Source of the DNA: an uncultured Thermoleophilia bacterium
Lineage (GTDB): Bacteria > Actinomycetota > Thermoleophilia > UBA2241
DNA length: 64,000 nucleotides
Assembly (NCBI GenBank): GCA_963702475.1
Contig: CAVPCT010000005.1
Location: 320,001-384,000, forward strand
Direction of reading: 5' to 3'
In this document: in pieces, positions 41,252 to 51,145 of the stretch
How the letters are laid out: every line of letters starts with the position of its first letter
Numbering within the stretch: position 1 is the stretch's first letter
Made by a program: the position numbers and the translations under genes
The notes under the pieces: model-generated
What the model saw: the letters and a program-made list of their open reading frames with translations, nothing else
The model's database searches: none
What the model was told of the DNA's origin: nothing

Positions 41252-41925
41252 GCATGGCCGGCCGCGGCCGGCGCCCCGTCCCAGGCGCCCGTGTCCTCGG
41301 CGCCGGCGTCCTGCACGCTGCTCTTCACACAGTCGAGCACGAGGGCGCGCCACAGCTCGAATGCCGGGGTCAGGTCGAGGTCGGGGTCGGCGATGGCCTG
41401 TAGCGCGAGTCCGTCGGTCATGGCGACCGTCAGCACGGCCAGCGGTTCGCTCCTGGCCTGACGCGGACGCCCGTCGCTCCCCTCGTCCAGGGCCCACGTG
41501 TCCAGGCGCCTGTACCACTCGAAGAGCTGGCGCAGGTGCGGCTGGAGCTGCTCGTCGCGCAGGACATGGGGGATCAGCTCGTAGAACATCTGGTACGAGT
41601 CGCGGTCGGACGACATGCTTTCGTGGATGCTCAGGAGCGTCTGGCGACGCTCCTCCCCCGCCGGTACGGCGGTGAGCTTCTCGATGAGCTCCACGGCCTC
41701 CTGGTACAGCACGGAGTCCACAAGCGCGGTGAGCAACCCGGCCTTGCTGCCGAAGTGGTAGCGGATGAGCGCAGGGTTCTCGCCGGCCTCTCTCGCGATC
41801 GTCTCGAACGTGAGAGCACGGAAACCGTCCCGATACAGCACGCGCTTCGCCGCGTCGAGAATGCGCAGGGCGGTCGGCGACAGGTCCGGCGTCGGGTCGT
41901 CGATGGGCAGCTCGTATCTCGCCAT
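41168..41925 (-). CDS. TetR/AcrR family regulator (3' end uncertain)
   Basis: RILDAAKRVLYRDGFRALTFETIAREAGENPALIRYHFGSKAGLL HTH; restoring the 41211 indel gives a stop at 41168. Confidence 0.85.
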
Positions 41926-42079
41926 ACTCCCTCTCCCCCACTACGTTGCGGCTTCGAGCCGGGTCGGCGGCGCTCCCCTGAAGGGGACGCCGGGACGGGA
42001 CGGAAGATACCCTCAGCCGACCCGGCCGGACAAGGTCCGCCGCCCGGTCACCAACCCGGCCCGGCCCGGGAGCTCTTCC

Positions 42080-42137
42080 TTGACAGCCTCACGTCCTCTG
42101 CTAGTGTATCGCACATCTTAGTTATGTAACTAACTAA
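42080..42137 (+). promoter_or_regulatory. promoter TTGACA-16-(TG)TAGTGT with palindromic operator TTAGTTA-N6-TAACTAA (42118-42137)
   Basis: Second copy of the operator, divergent from the TetR gene. Confidence 0.8.
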
Positions 42138-42167
42138 TCTCCTTCACCCAGGCGACAGGGGGAACGC

Positions 42168-43573
42168 TTGAGCAGCAAGGTACGCACCCGTCTCGGCGAC
42201 GGGTCGCTCGTCGAGATGACGCCCGGGGAGATCCGCGCCGACCTCGAGGCCGGCACCGAGCTCGGGGCCAGGCGGTCCAAGGCGCCGCAACTCACCTCCG
42301 CCGAGCTCGACCAGCTGCAGGACATCTTCACCACCGAGGCCAAGTTCAGCGCCGTCGACATGGGCGACGAGGTCGTCCTCAGCTTCGACGGCTCAGGCAA
42401 TCTGGACTCGGGCACACGTGTCGACGAGCTCTACAGCTACCAGTGCCACCGCGGCGCCGACATGCTGGAGCTCTTCGGCATCGACTACTCGTACAAGGCC
42501 GTGAAGACCATCCTGAGCTACGAAGCGCAGGCGATGAAGACGGCCCAGCTCAACCTCATCGCGCCGCTGCAGTACGGCGCGATGCCGGACCTCGGCCGGT
42601 ACTCGATGCCGGACGGCCCGATCCCCAACTGGTCCGAGCTCATGCCCAGGGCCGCATCCCGGAGGCGCGCGACGCGCAGGTGGCGGCCATCGAGCTGGCC
42701 GTCGCCGACATGATCTTCTGCGCCGAGGGCATGTGGGAGGCCGGCGCGGACGGCCTGGACTTCGACACGGCCGGGGCCGCCGGCGACGGGGACTTCCTGG
42801 CGGCCCTCACCGCCATCGAGGCCATCAAGGGCCGCTACCCGGACTGCGGCATCGAGCTCGGCATGGCCAGTGAGTACGTGCTGGGCATGCACGGCGAGCT
42901 CGAGTACAAGGGCCGGCGTCTGGCCGGCATGTGGCCGGTCGAGCAGGTCAAGGTCGCACAGGAGGCCGGCGCCACCATGTTCGGGCCGGCTGTCAACGTG
43001 AACACCACGAGGAGCGTGGCCTGGAACGTGGCCCGCGCCTGCACGATCATCAAGCCCTGCATGGAGGTCGCCGAGATCCCCGTGCACCCCAACGTGGGCA
43101 TGGGCGTCGGCGGCGTACCCATGAGCCCCTACCCCCCGGCCGACGCCGTCTCGCGCGTCTCGCGCGCCCTCGTCGACATCCTGCAGCTGCGACGGGTTGT
43201 AGGTCGGCGTGGGTGACCCTCTGGGCATGGCGTGCACGCACGCGCTGGCCTCGGGCATGGGAGGGATGCGGGCCGCCGGAGACCTGGTGGGCCGCATGCA
43301 GATGACCCGGGGCATGCGTCTCGAGGACGCCAAGACCTACGTGGCCGGCAAGCTCGGCTGTGCCGTCGCGGACCTGGCCGACCCCATCGCCATGCACGAC
43401 GTGCGCCGCGACCTCGGCCTGGGCCGCATCACGGTGCAGGAGCTCACCTACCCACGCACGCCGGCGCGATGGAAGCCAAGTTCCGCATCGCCGACGTGCT
43501 GGACGTGCCCATCAACAGCGTGACGCGCTTCGCCGAGAACGCGAAGCTGACGACGACAGGAGGACGGGTGTGA
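42168..43573 (+). CDS. mtbB: dimethylamine:corrinoid methyltransferase, pyrrolysine-containing (TAG 43200-43202; frameshifts near 42650, 43189, 43455)
   Basis: Four ORF pieces assemble into a full MtbB with DGL-TAG-VGVGDPLGM. Confidence 0.82.
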
Positions 43574-45051
43574 AACGGAACCTGCAGGTCGGAGGCGGCC
43601 GCAGCCGGGGGCTCAGCTTCTCCGTGTTCACCGAGACGGAGCTCGACCAGATCCACTACGCGACGCTCGAGGTCCTGGAGCGCACCGGCATCTTCGTCGA
43701 GGACGACGAGGCGCTGGACATCTTCAAGGACGGCGGCTGCCGGGTCGACCGCGAGCACCGGGTGGTGCGCATCCCGCCGCACGTGGTGGAGGACGCGATC
43801 CGCAGCGCCCCGAGCAAGTACGTGCTCTGCGGGCGCGACCCGAAGAACGACTTCCTCATGGAGCCGGGGCGCGTGGCGTTCACCAACTTCAGCGAGGGCA
43901 TCGCCGTGATCGACCTCGAGAGCGGCGAGCACCGCAACTGCACCCTGGAGGACGTAGCGACGATCGCGCGCCTCAACGACTACCTCCCGAGTTCGACACG
44001 CACGAGATCGCCGTGGGCGCCCGCGACGTGCCGCCGCAGACGGCGGCGGTGCACAACACCGAGGCCCAGCTGCACAACACCACCAAGCCGATCGGCATCG
44101 GCCCGCTCTCCGGCCTGGAGTGCCGCGCGATCCTGCAGATGTGCGCCGCGGTCGTGGGTGGCGAGGACGAACTGCGCGAGCGCCCGATCGTGTACGGCGG
44201 CGTGTGCCCGGTGAGCCCGCTCAAGCTGCCGCGCGACGCCACCGAGGTCATCATCGAGTGCTCGCGCTGGTGGATCCCCGACAACGTGCTAGAGCATGGC
44301 CATGTCGGGCGGGTCCAGCCCGGTCACCCTTTCCGGCACGCTCGTGGTGCACAACGCCGAGGTGCTCAGCGGCATCGTGCTGGCGCAGCTCACCGAGCGC
44401 GGCTGCCCGGTGATGTACGGCTCGTCCACCACGGCCATGGACCTCAAGCTCGCGGCGGCCTCCGTCGGCTCGCCCGAGATCTGCCTGATCAGCGCCGCGG
44501 TGGCGGAGCTGGCGCGGCGCTACCAGATCCCGAGCTTCGTGGCCGGGTTGTAGGCGGACGGCAAGGTCGGTGACGAGCAGGTCGGTCACGAGAAGACCCT
44601 CACCGGACTCACGGCAGCGTTGGCAGGGGCCAACCTGATCTACGGTGCGGGGATGATCGAGTCGGGCGTCACCTTCGATTGCGCGCAGTTCGTCATCGAC
44701 AACGAGATCGCGCGCATGATCCGGCGGGTCGCCGAAGGCATCCGCGTGGACGACGAGAGCCTCGCCGTGGACGACATCCACAGCGTGGGGCCGTTCGGCG
44801 ACTTCCTCTCGCTGGACTCCACCTACCGCCACATGCGCGACCTGACCCAGCCGGAGATCCTGGACCGGCGCACCCGCGAGGAGTGGCAGGCGAGCGGGTC
44901 CCGCGACCTGTATTCCGAGGCGGTCATCAAGGCCCGCGGCATCGTCGAGGAGCACCGGCCGGAGCCGCTGCCCGACGACGTGGCCGCGCGGATCCGCGCC
45001 ATCGTCGAAGAGACTGACCGCGTCGCCGGCGCCACCGCCGGCGTCGCCTGA
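43570..45051 (+). CDS. mttB: trimethylamine:corrinoid methyltransferase, pyrrolysine-containing (TAG 44551-44553; frameshifts near 43985, 44290)
   Basis: [24 protein letters not shown]; close paralog of 11687..13156; GTGA coupling to mtbB. Confidence 0.85.
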
Positions 45052-45062
45052 GGAGGGGAAAG

Positions 45063-46663
45063 ATGGCCGCTGAACCGCAGCTGCTCGCCGGAGGGGGCGC
45101 GCTCGGCGAGGAGCGCAAGAAGCTCAAGAAGGTGCTGCACCGCTTCGACCTCGTGTTCTTCACGATCGCGGCGTTCATCAGCCTCGACACCATCGCGCGT
45201 GACGGCAGCCTACGGCGGCGGCGAGACGTTCTGTCTGGCTCGCCTTCCTCATCATCGTGTACCTGATCCCCTACGGGATGATCATCGCCGAGATGGGATC
45301 CGCCTTCCCCGTGGAGGGCGGACCGTACGCGTGGGTGCGTATGGCGTTCGGCCGCCTGGCCGCCTCGTACACCGCGGTCATCTATTGGGGCTCGAACCCC
45401 GTGTGGATCGGCGGCACGCTCGCGGCGACCTCCGTGGCCGCCATCAACAGCCTGATCCTCGAGGAGCCGATGAGTACCGGCTGGTCGATCGTCGTCGGCC
45501 TGGTCGTCGTCTGGGTCACCGTGATGCTGTCGATGATCGAGATGAAGTACGGCAAGTGGACCGGCATCATCGGCACCATCGTGCGTCTGCTGACGCTCTT
45601 CATCTTCCTCGCGCTCGTCATCGTCTTCCTCGTGCAGAACGGCAAGCCCGAGGGGACGGTCACGGTCGCGGACATGAAGCCGACGCTCCTGGGATTCCTC
45701 GGCGGTCATCGGCCTGCTGCAGTTCATGTTCGTCGGCTTCGAGCTCTCCAGCGGCGCAGCAGAGGAGATGACGGACCCGCAGAAGGACGTCCCCAAGATG
45801 ATCATCCGCTCGGGCCTGATCGCGGCGGCCATCACCGGCTCGATGATCCTGGGCGTGCTGCTCGTCATGAACGGCGACGCGCTCACGAGCGTGGCCGGCT
45901 TCACCGACGCCTACAACGCGGTGGCCAGCGTGCTGGGTGGCGCCCAGACGGCGTTCAACTGGTTCATCTGCGCGCTCATCATCATCACCATCATCAGCGC
46001 CGGCGGCGTATGGCAGCAGGGTGGCGTGCGCATCCAGGCCATGGCCGGCCTGGACGGTGCGGCTCCACTCTGGTTCGGCAAGTTCAGCAAGGCGGGCACG
46101 CCGCTCACCATGAACATCCTCTCGGCGATCATCGGCTCCATCTTCGTGGTGCTCGTGTTCCTCATCGCCGAGGGCAGCCTCGCGACCTTCTTCGGCATCA
46201 TGGTCTCGGTGATCATCTCGCTCACGGCGATGATGTACGTGTTCCAGTTCCCGGCCGTGATCATGCTGCGCAAGAAGTACCCGGACCATCCCCGGCCGTT
46301 CCGCATTCCCGGCGGCCGGTTCTCATGTGGCTGTGCGTCATCGGCGCCGAGACGATCGTGATCATCACGATCATCACGCTGCTGTGGCCGGGCTTGCTCG
46401 ACAACGCTTTGGGTCAGCCCTACGACATCAACTACTGGTGGGGCGTCTCCCGCGCCTACTTCGAGACCGTGACGCTCGGCATCGTCGGGCTCTTCCTGGT
46501 GATGGCGGTCGCGTTCTGGGCCATCGGCAGGCGCAACATCAGGAAGGGGCTCGTGGGTGAGAACGACCTGCTCGCCATCGACCCTGAAGCTGTGGCCGAG
46601 GAGCTCGAAGTACGGAGGCCGCAGCACCCGCATCACCAGAGCTGCGCCGCGAGGAGCGTGTGA
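45063..46663 (+). CDS. APC-family amino acid/amine permease (frameshifts near 45200-45240, 45705, 46318)
   Basis: EMGSAFPVEGGPYAW, FVGFELSS.AAEEM.DP and RPFRIPGG motifs across frames. Confidence 0.8.
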
Positions 46664-48103
46664 GCGTGATCGAGCGGTCGACGACAGCCGATCGCGCCGA
46701 TCCGCTCGGACTTCGCCGTCCGCTTCCACGACGACGCGGCCATCGCGCCGCTGCACGATGCCACCCTGCGGCTGCTCGAAACGACCGGCATGCGCTTCGA
46801 GTCGCCCAGAGGCCGCTCGCGATCCTGAAGAAGGCCGGCGCCCACGCGGACGAGGGCTCTTCCCTCGTCCGCCTGCCCGCCGGCTGGTCGAAGAAGCGCT
46901 CGCGCAGGCGCCGCGGCAGTTCACGCTCGGCGCCCGCGACCCTTCCTGCGACCTGCAGGCCGGCTCCGGCTGGACCTACGGCACCACCGACGGCTGCGGC
47001 GTGGAGGTCGTCGACTGGCACACCGGCGAGCGGCGGGCGTCGACCAAGGCCGACCTCGAGGCCGTCACGCGCATGCAGGACTGCCTCGGCTCCATCAGCT
47101 ACTGGTGGCCCACCGTGAGTGCCGGCGACTGCGGCGAGACGGCCCAGATCCACGAGATCGAGGCCGGCTGGAACAACACGAGCAAGCACCTCATGGGCAT
47201 GGTGCAGGGCGAGCGGCTCGCCCGGGCGGCCGTGGAGATGGCGGCCGCGGTGGCCGGCGGGCTAGAAGGACTCCGCCGCCGGCCCGTCATGAGCAACCTC
47301 ATCGGCACAGTCTCGCCCCTCATCCACGACAAAGACGGGCTGGAGGCCGGCCTGGTCTTCGCCGAGGCCGGCGTGCCGGTCTGCTACGTGACCATGCCCA
47401 ACCTGGGCACGACGGCCCCGGCCACCAAGGCCGGCGCTTTCGTGCTCGGCGCGGCCGAGATCGTCGGCGCGGCGGTGCTCCACGAGCTCGCCGCGCCCGG
47501 CAGCCCTGTGCTCGGCTCGATCATGCAGATCTACGCCGATCCGCGCACTGCGCTGACGATGACGACGCCGCTCGACGACCGCTGCCGCTTCCTGGCCACG
47601 CGCTGCTGCACAGCTTCGGCCTGCCTGCGCTCGGCCCGTTCGGAGGCACCGACGCGGAGCTTCCCGGCACCTGGCTCGCGGGAGTCGAGACCATGCTGCA
47701 ACTGGCTCAGCTGCCCCTGGACGGGTGCGAGCTGTACACCGGCATCGGCCTCACCAACACCTATCAGCTCTTCAAGATGGACATCTACCACCGCGCACGG
47801 CACGCCTTCCTCGACATCCCTGTGAACGACGAAGAGCTGGCCCTCGACGTGATCGACACGGTCGGTCCCGGTGGGCACTTTCTCGCGCAGCCGCACACGC
47901 GCAGGCACATGCGCGACGCGGTCCTGCGCGCCGTCAGCCAGGAGATCGCGGCCGACGGCCAGCACTACCGCGACCCAGTGGAGGTGGCCCGCGAGCGCGC
48001 CCTCGACATCCTGGAGGACTACCAGCCGGAACCGCTCGCGGAGGAGGTTCGCGCCGAGCTGCGCCGGATAGTCGACGAGGTGGACGCGGCCGTGAAGGCC
48101 TGA
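46660..48103 (+). CDS. MttB-superfamily methyltransferase, non-Pyl (several frameshifts; possible pseudogene)
   Basis: Paralog of 13206 and 39783 genes: GTTDGCG..VVDW, WWPTV, WNNTSKHLMGMVQGE, VGPGGHFL. Confidence 0.78.
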
Positions 48104-48119
48104 CGGCAGCTGCGCGGCG

Positions 48120-48929
48120 TCAGTCCAACAGCATGCGGTCGACGGCGAACGCCTCGCCGGCGACCTCGTGGAACTTCTGGATGAGGTCGCTCACCTGCAG
48201 GCAGCACTTCTGGTCCTGAGGCAGGTCGAGGACGATCCTGCCGGCGTGCATCATGATGAGCCGGTCGCCGTAGCGCAGCGCCAGCTCCATGTTGTGTGTG
48301 ACCATCAGCGTCGTGAGGCCGCGCTCCTGCACGATGGCGTCGGTGAGCTCCATGATGGTGGCCGCCACCTTCGGGTCGAGCGCGGCCGTGTGCTCGTCGA
48401 GCAGCAGCAGGCTCGGCTCGGCCACCGTGGCCATGAGCAGCGACATCGCCTGGCGCTGCCCGCCCGAGAGCTTGTTGACGTGCGTCTTGAGACGGTGCTC
48501 CAGGCCCATGTCCAGGCGCGAGAGCTGGCTGCGCATCACCTCGCGCCGCTTGTTGGTCACACCCCGGCCCAGCCCGCTGCGTTTCTGGCGCAGCAGCGAG
48601 AGCGCCAGGTTCTCCTCGATGGTCATGTCGGGCGCGGTGCCGGCGCGAGGGTCCTGGAACACACGCCCGATCACGCGGCTGCGCACGTGCTCGCGCTGCC
48701 TCGTGACGTCAACGCCGCCGAGCCGTACCGCGCCGGCCGTCACGGCGAAGGTGCCGGCCACCGCGTTGAGCAGCGTGGACTTGCCGGAGCCGTTGGAGCC
48801 GATGATGCTCACGAACTGGCCCGCCGGCACGTCGAGATCGATGCCGGTCAGAGCCACCACTTCATTGGCCGTGCCGGGGTAGAAGACCTTGCGCAACCCG
48901 CCGAGGGTGAGCGGGGCCGGGGCGCTCAT
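48120..48929 (-). CDS. ABC ATP-binding protein (putative Trp/Tyr-type uptake system)
   Basis: GSNGSGKST, VFQDP..GTAP, LSGGQRQA, LLLDEHTAALDP. Confidence 0.92.
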   Translation of the reverse strand: MSAPAPLTLGGLRKVFYPGTANEVVALTGIDLDVPAGQFVSIIGSNGSGKSTLLNAVAGTFAVTAGAVRLGGVDVTRQREHVRSRVIGRVFQDPRAGTAPDMTIEENLALSLLRQKRSGLGRGVTNKRREVMRSQLSRLDMGLEHRLKTHVNKLSGGQRQAMSLLMATVAEPSLLLLDEHTAALDPKVAATIMELTDAIVQERGLTTLMVTHNMELALRYGDRLIMMHAGRIVLDLPQDQKCCLQVSDLIQKFHEVAGEAFAVDRMLLD

Positions 48930-49825
48930 GAGCGCACCACCTTCTTGCGGATGGTGGGCACCGACAGCGCCACCACGACGAGCACGGCCGTGAGCAGCTT
49001 GAGGTCGGTCGGGGCGATGCCGAAGCGCAGGCTCACAGCGATGAGCAGGCGGTAGACGATGGAGCCGCCGATGACGCTGAACAGCACCCAGCTGACGCTG
49101 CGCTCGCCGAAGATGACCTCGCCCATGATGACGCCGGCGAGGCCGGCGACGATGGTGCCGATGCCCATGCCCACGTCGGCGAACCCCTGCTGCTGCGCGA
49201 CCAGCGCGCCGGTGAGCGCGACGAGCGCGTTGGCGATGCCCAGGCCGATGATGCGCGTCAGCTGGGTGTTGGTGCCCATGGCGCGGATCATCTGCTCGTT
49301 GTCGCCGGTGGCCTGCAGCGTGAGCCCGAACTCGGTGTGCAGGAACCAGTCGAGCAGGTACTTGACGACGAGGGCGATGGCCGCCAGCGCGAGGATCAGG
49401 TTCCACGACACCATGGTGGCGGAGAGGAAGTCCCCGATCTTCTCGAACACGCCGTCCACGCCGAGCAGCGGGATGTTGCTGCGGCCCATGATACGAAGGT
49501 TGATGGTGTAGAGCGCGGTCATGGTGAGGATGCCGGCGAGCAGCTTGGGCCCGTAGTTGGTGTCGGAGCCGCCGGACTTGAGGAGCATGTGGAGCAGGCC
49601 GGTCACGCACCCGGCGCAGAGCCCGGCGGCCACCCCTGCGGCGGTCGCCGCGAAGGGTGAGGCGCCGTTGGTGATGAACATGGCCGTGACCGCCGCTCCC
49701 AGCGGCAGGCTGCCGTCCACGGTGAGGTCAGGGAAGTCGAGCACGCGGAACGTGATGAACACACCGAGGACCATGAAGCAGTACAGCAGGCCCTGTTCGA
49801 GCGCGCTGGTGACGATCACTTCCAC
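48926..49825 (-). CDS. ABC permease (putative Trp/Tyr-type)
   Basis: FRVLDFPDLTVDGSLPLG and QQGFADVGMGIG motifs. Confidence 0.92.
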   Translation of the reverse strand: MEVIVTSALEQGLLYCFMVLGVFITFRVLDFPDLTVDGSLPLGAAVTAMFITNGASPFAATAAGVAAGLCAGCVTGLLHMLLKSGGSDTNYGPKLLAGILTMTALYTINLRIMGRSNIPLLGVDGVFEKIGDFLSATMVSWNLILALAAIALVVKYLLDWFLHTEFGLTLQATGDNEQMIRAMGTNTQLTRIIGLGIANALVALTGALVAQQQGFADVGMGIGTIVAGLAGVIMGEVIFGERSVSWVLFSVIGGSIVYRLLIAVSLRFGIAPTDLKLLTAVLVVVALSVPTIRKKVVRS

Positions 49826-49844
49826 GTGCGCTGTCTCCTCGTGT

Positions 49845-49880
49845 CCGGGGCCGGGGCCGCAGGCGCGGCCCCGGCCCCGG
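49845..49880 (-). terminator. intercistronic 16-bp hairpin between SBP and permease genes
   Basis: CCGGGGCCGGGGCCGC-AGGC-GCGGCCCCGGCCCCGG. Confidence 0.6.
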
Positions 49881-49960
49881 GAAGTCTACGCGGCCGCAGC
49901 GGGTGCGGCCAACCGTGGCTCGGCGACGGGTCCCCTGCCGTGCACGGCCTCTTCCGTCGC

Positions 49961-50979
49961 TCAGTACTTGTTGACGGCCTGGTCGATGAGCTCCTGCGGG
50001 ATGGTGACGCCCTGCGCCTTGGCGGCCTTCTCGTTGATGGAGAGCTGCAGGTTCTCAGCGAACACGACGGGGATGTCGGAGATCGGCGTGCCTCTGAGGA
50101 CCTTGGCGGCCAATGTCGCCCGCCTGCTTGCCGTGATCGTAGTAGTCGAATCCGTAGGCCGGCGACGGCGCCGCGCTTGACGCTGTCCGGATCGCCGGCG
50201 ACGAGCGGCATCTGGTTCTGCTCGGCCACCTTGACGATGGCCTCGAGGGCCGAGACGGCGGTGTTGTCGCCGACGACCATGATGGCGTCTGCGCGGCCGA
50301 TCAGCGACTGCGCCGCGGCTTGAACCTCGGCCGAGGTGCCGGCCGGCGCCTTGACGATGGTGAGGCCCATGGTGGCGGCGTCCTTCTCGGCCTGCTCGAC
50401 GAGGAACACCGAGTTGGACTCGCCGGCGTTGTAGACCATGCCCACGGCTTTCGCGTCGGGACGGAAGGCCTTGACGAGCTCGAGGATGGGCTCGGTCGGC
50501 TGCATGTCGCTGGCGCCGGTTACGTTGGCCGAGGGGGCGTCAGGATCGTGCACCAGGCCAGCGCCCACGGGATCAGTGACGGCGGTGAACAGGACCGGCG
50601 AGTCGGTGACCGCCTTGGCGAGCGCCTGGGCCGTGGGCGTGCCGACACCCAGGACCAGGTCGAGGTCGTCTCCGGCGAACTTCTGCGCGATGCTGGCCGT
50701 GGTGGCCATGTCACCCTCGGCGTTCTGCAGGTCGAAGGTGATGTTGGTGAAGCCGGCCTCAGCGAGCGCGTCCTGGAAGCCTTGAACGGTGGCGTCGAGC
50801 GCAGGGTGCGTCGCGATCTGGCTGATGCCGATGGTGTACGCCTGGCTGGTGGCGTCGGCGCTCGCACTGGGACTTGCGGACGAGGTCTCCTCCGTGGTCT
50901 CGCCGCAGCCGGCCACGAGCGCGGCAGCGATGAGGACCACGAGGACCAGGGCCGCGGCCGTCTTGAGGGCGCGGGACAT
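49961..50979 (-). CDS. ABC substrate-binding lipoprotein (ABC_sub_bind, TrpX-like; frameshifts near 50115-50160)
   Basis: LVAGC lipobox, HPALD, FTAVTDPVGAGL, YNAGESNS; true C-terminus LSINEKAAKAQGVTIPQELIDQAVNKY in another frame. Confidence 0.85.
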
Positions 50980-51145
50980 TGTTCTCCTTTCGGATGCGAG
51001 ACGAGTGGAGCATTCTAGTTCTCACTACCGAGAGGTTACAAGCACCCGATGCGCGAGCGCGACGGGAATAGCGTACGCGCGCCGGGCGGGGAACCGCTCC
51101 CGCAGGCGCCCCGCCCGGCCGTCAACGTTCGCACACGCGTCGTCG

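Noticed and set aside
39729-41675. Long antisense overlap between mttB and TetR
   Set aside because: Explained by one missing base near 41211, which extends both ORFs artificially
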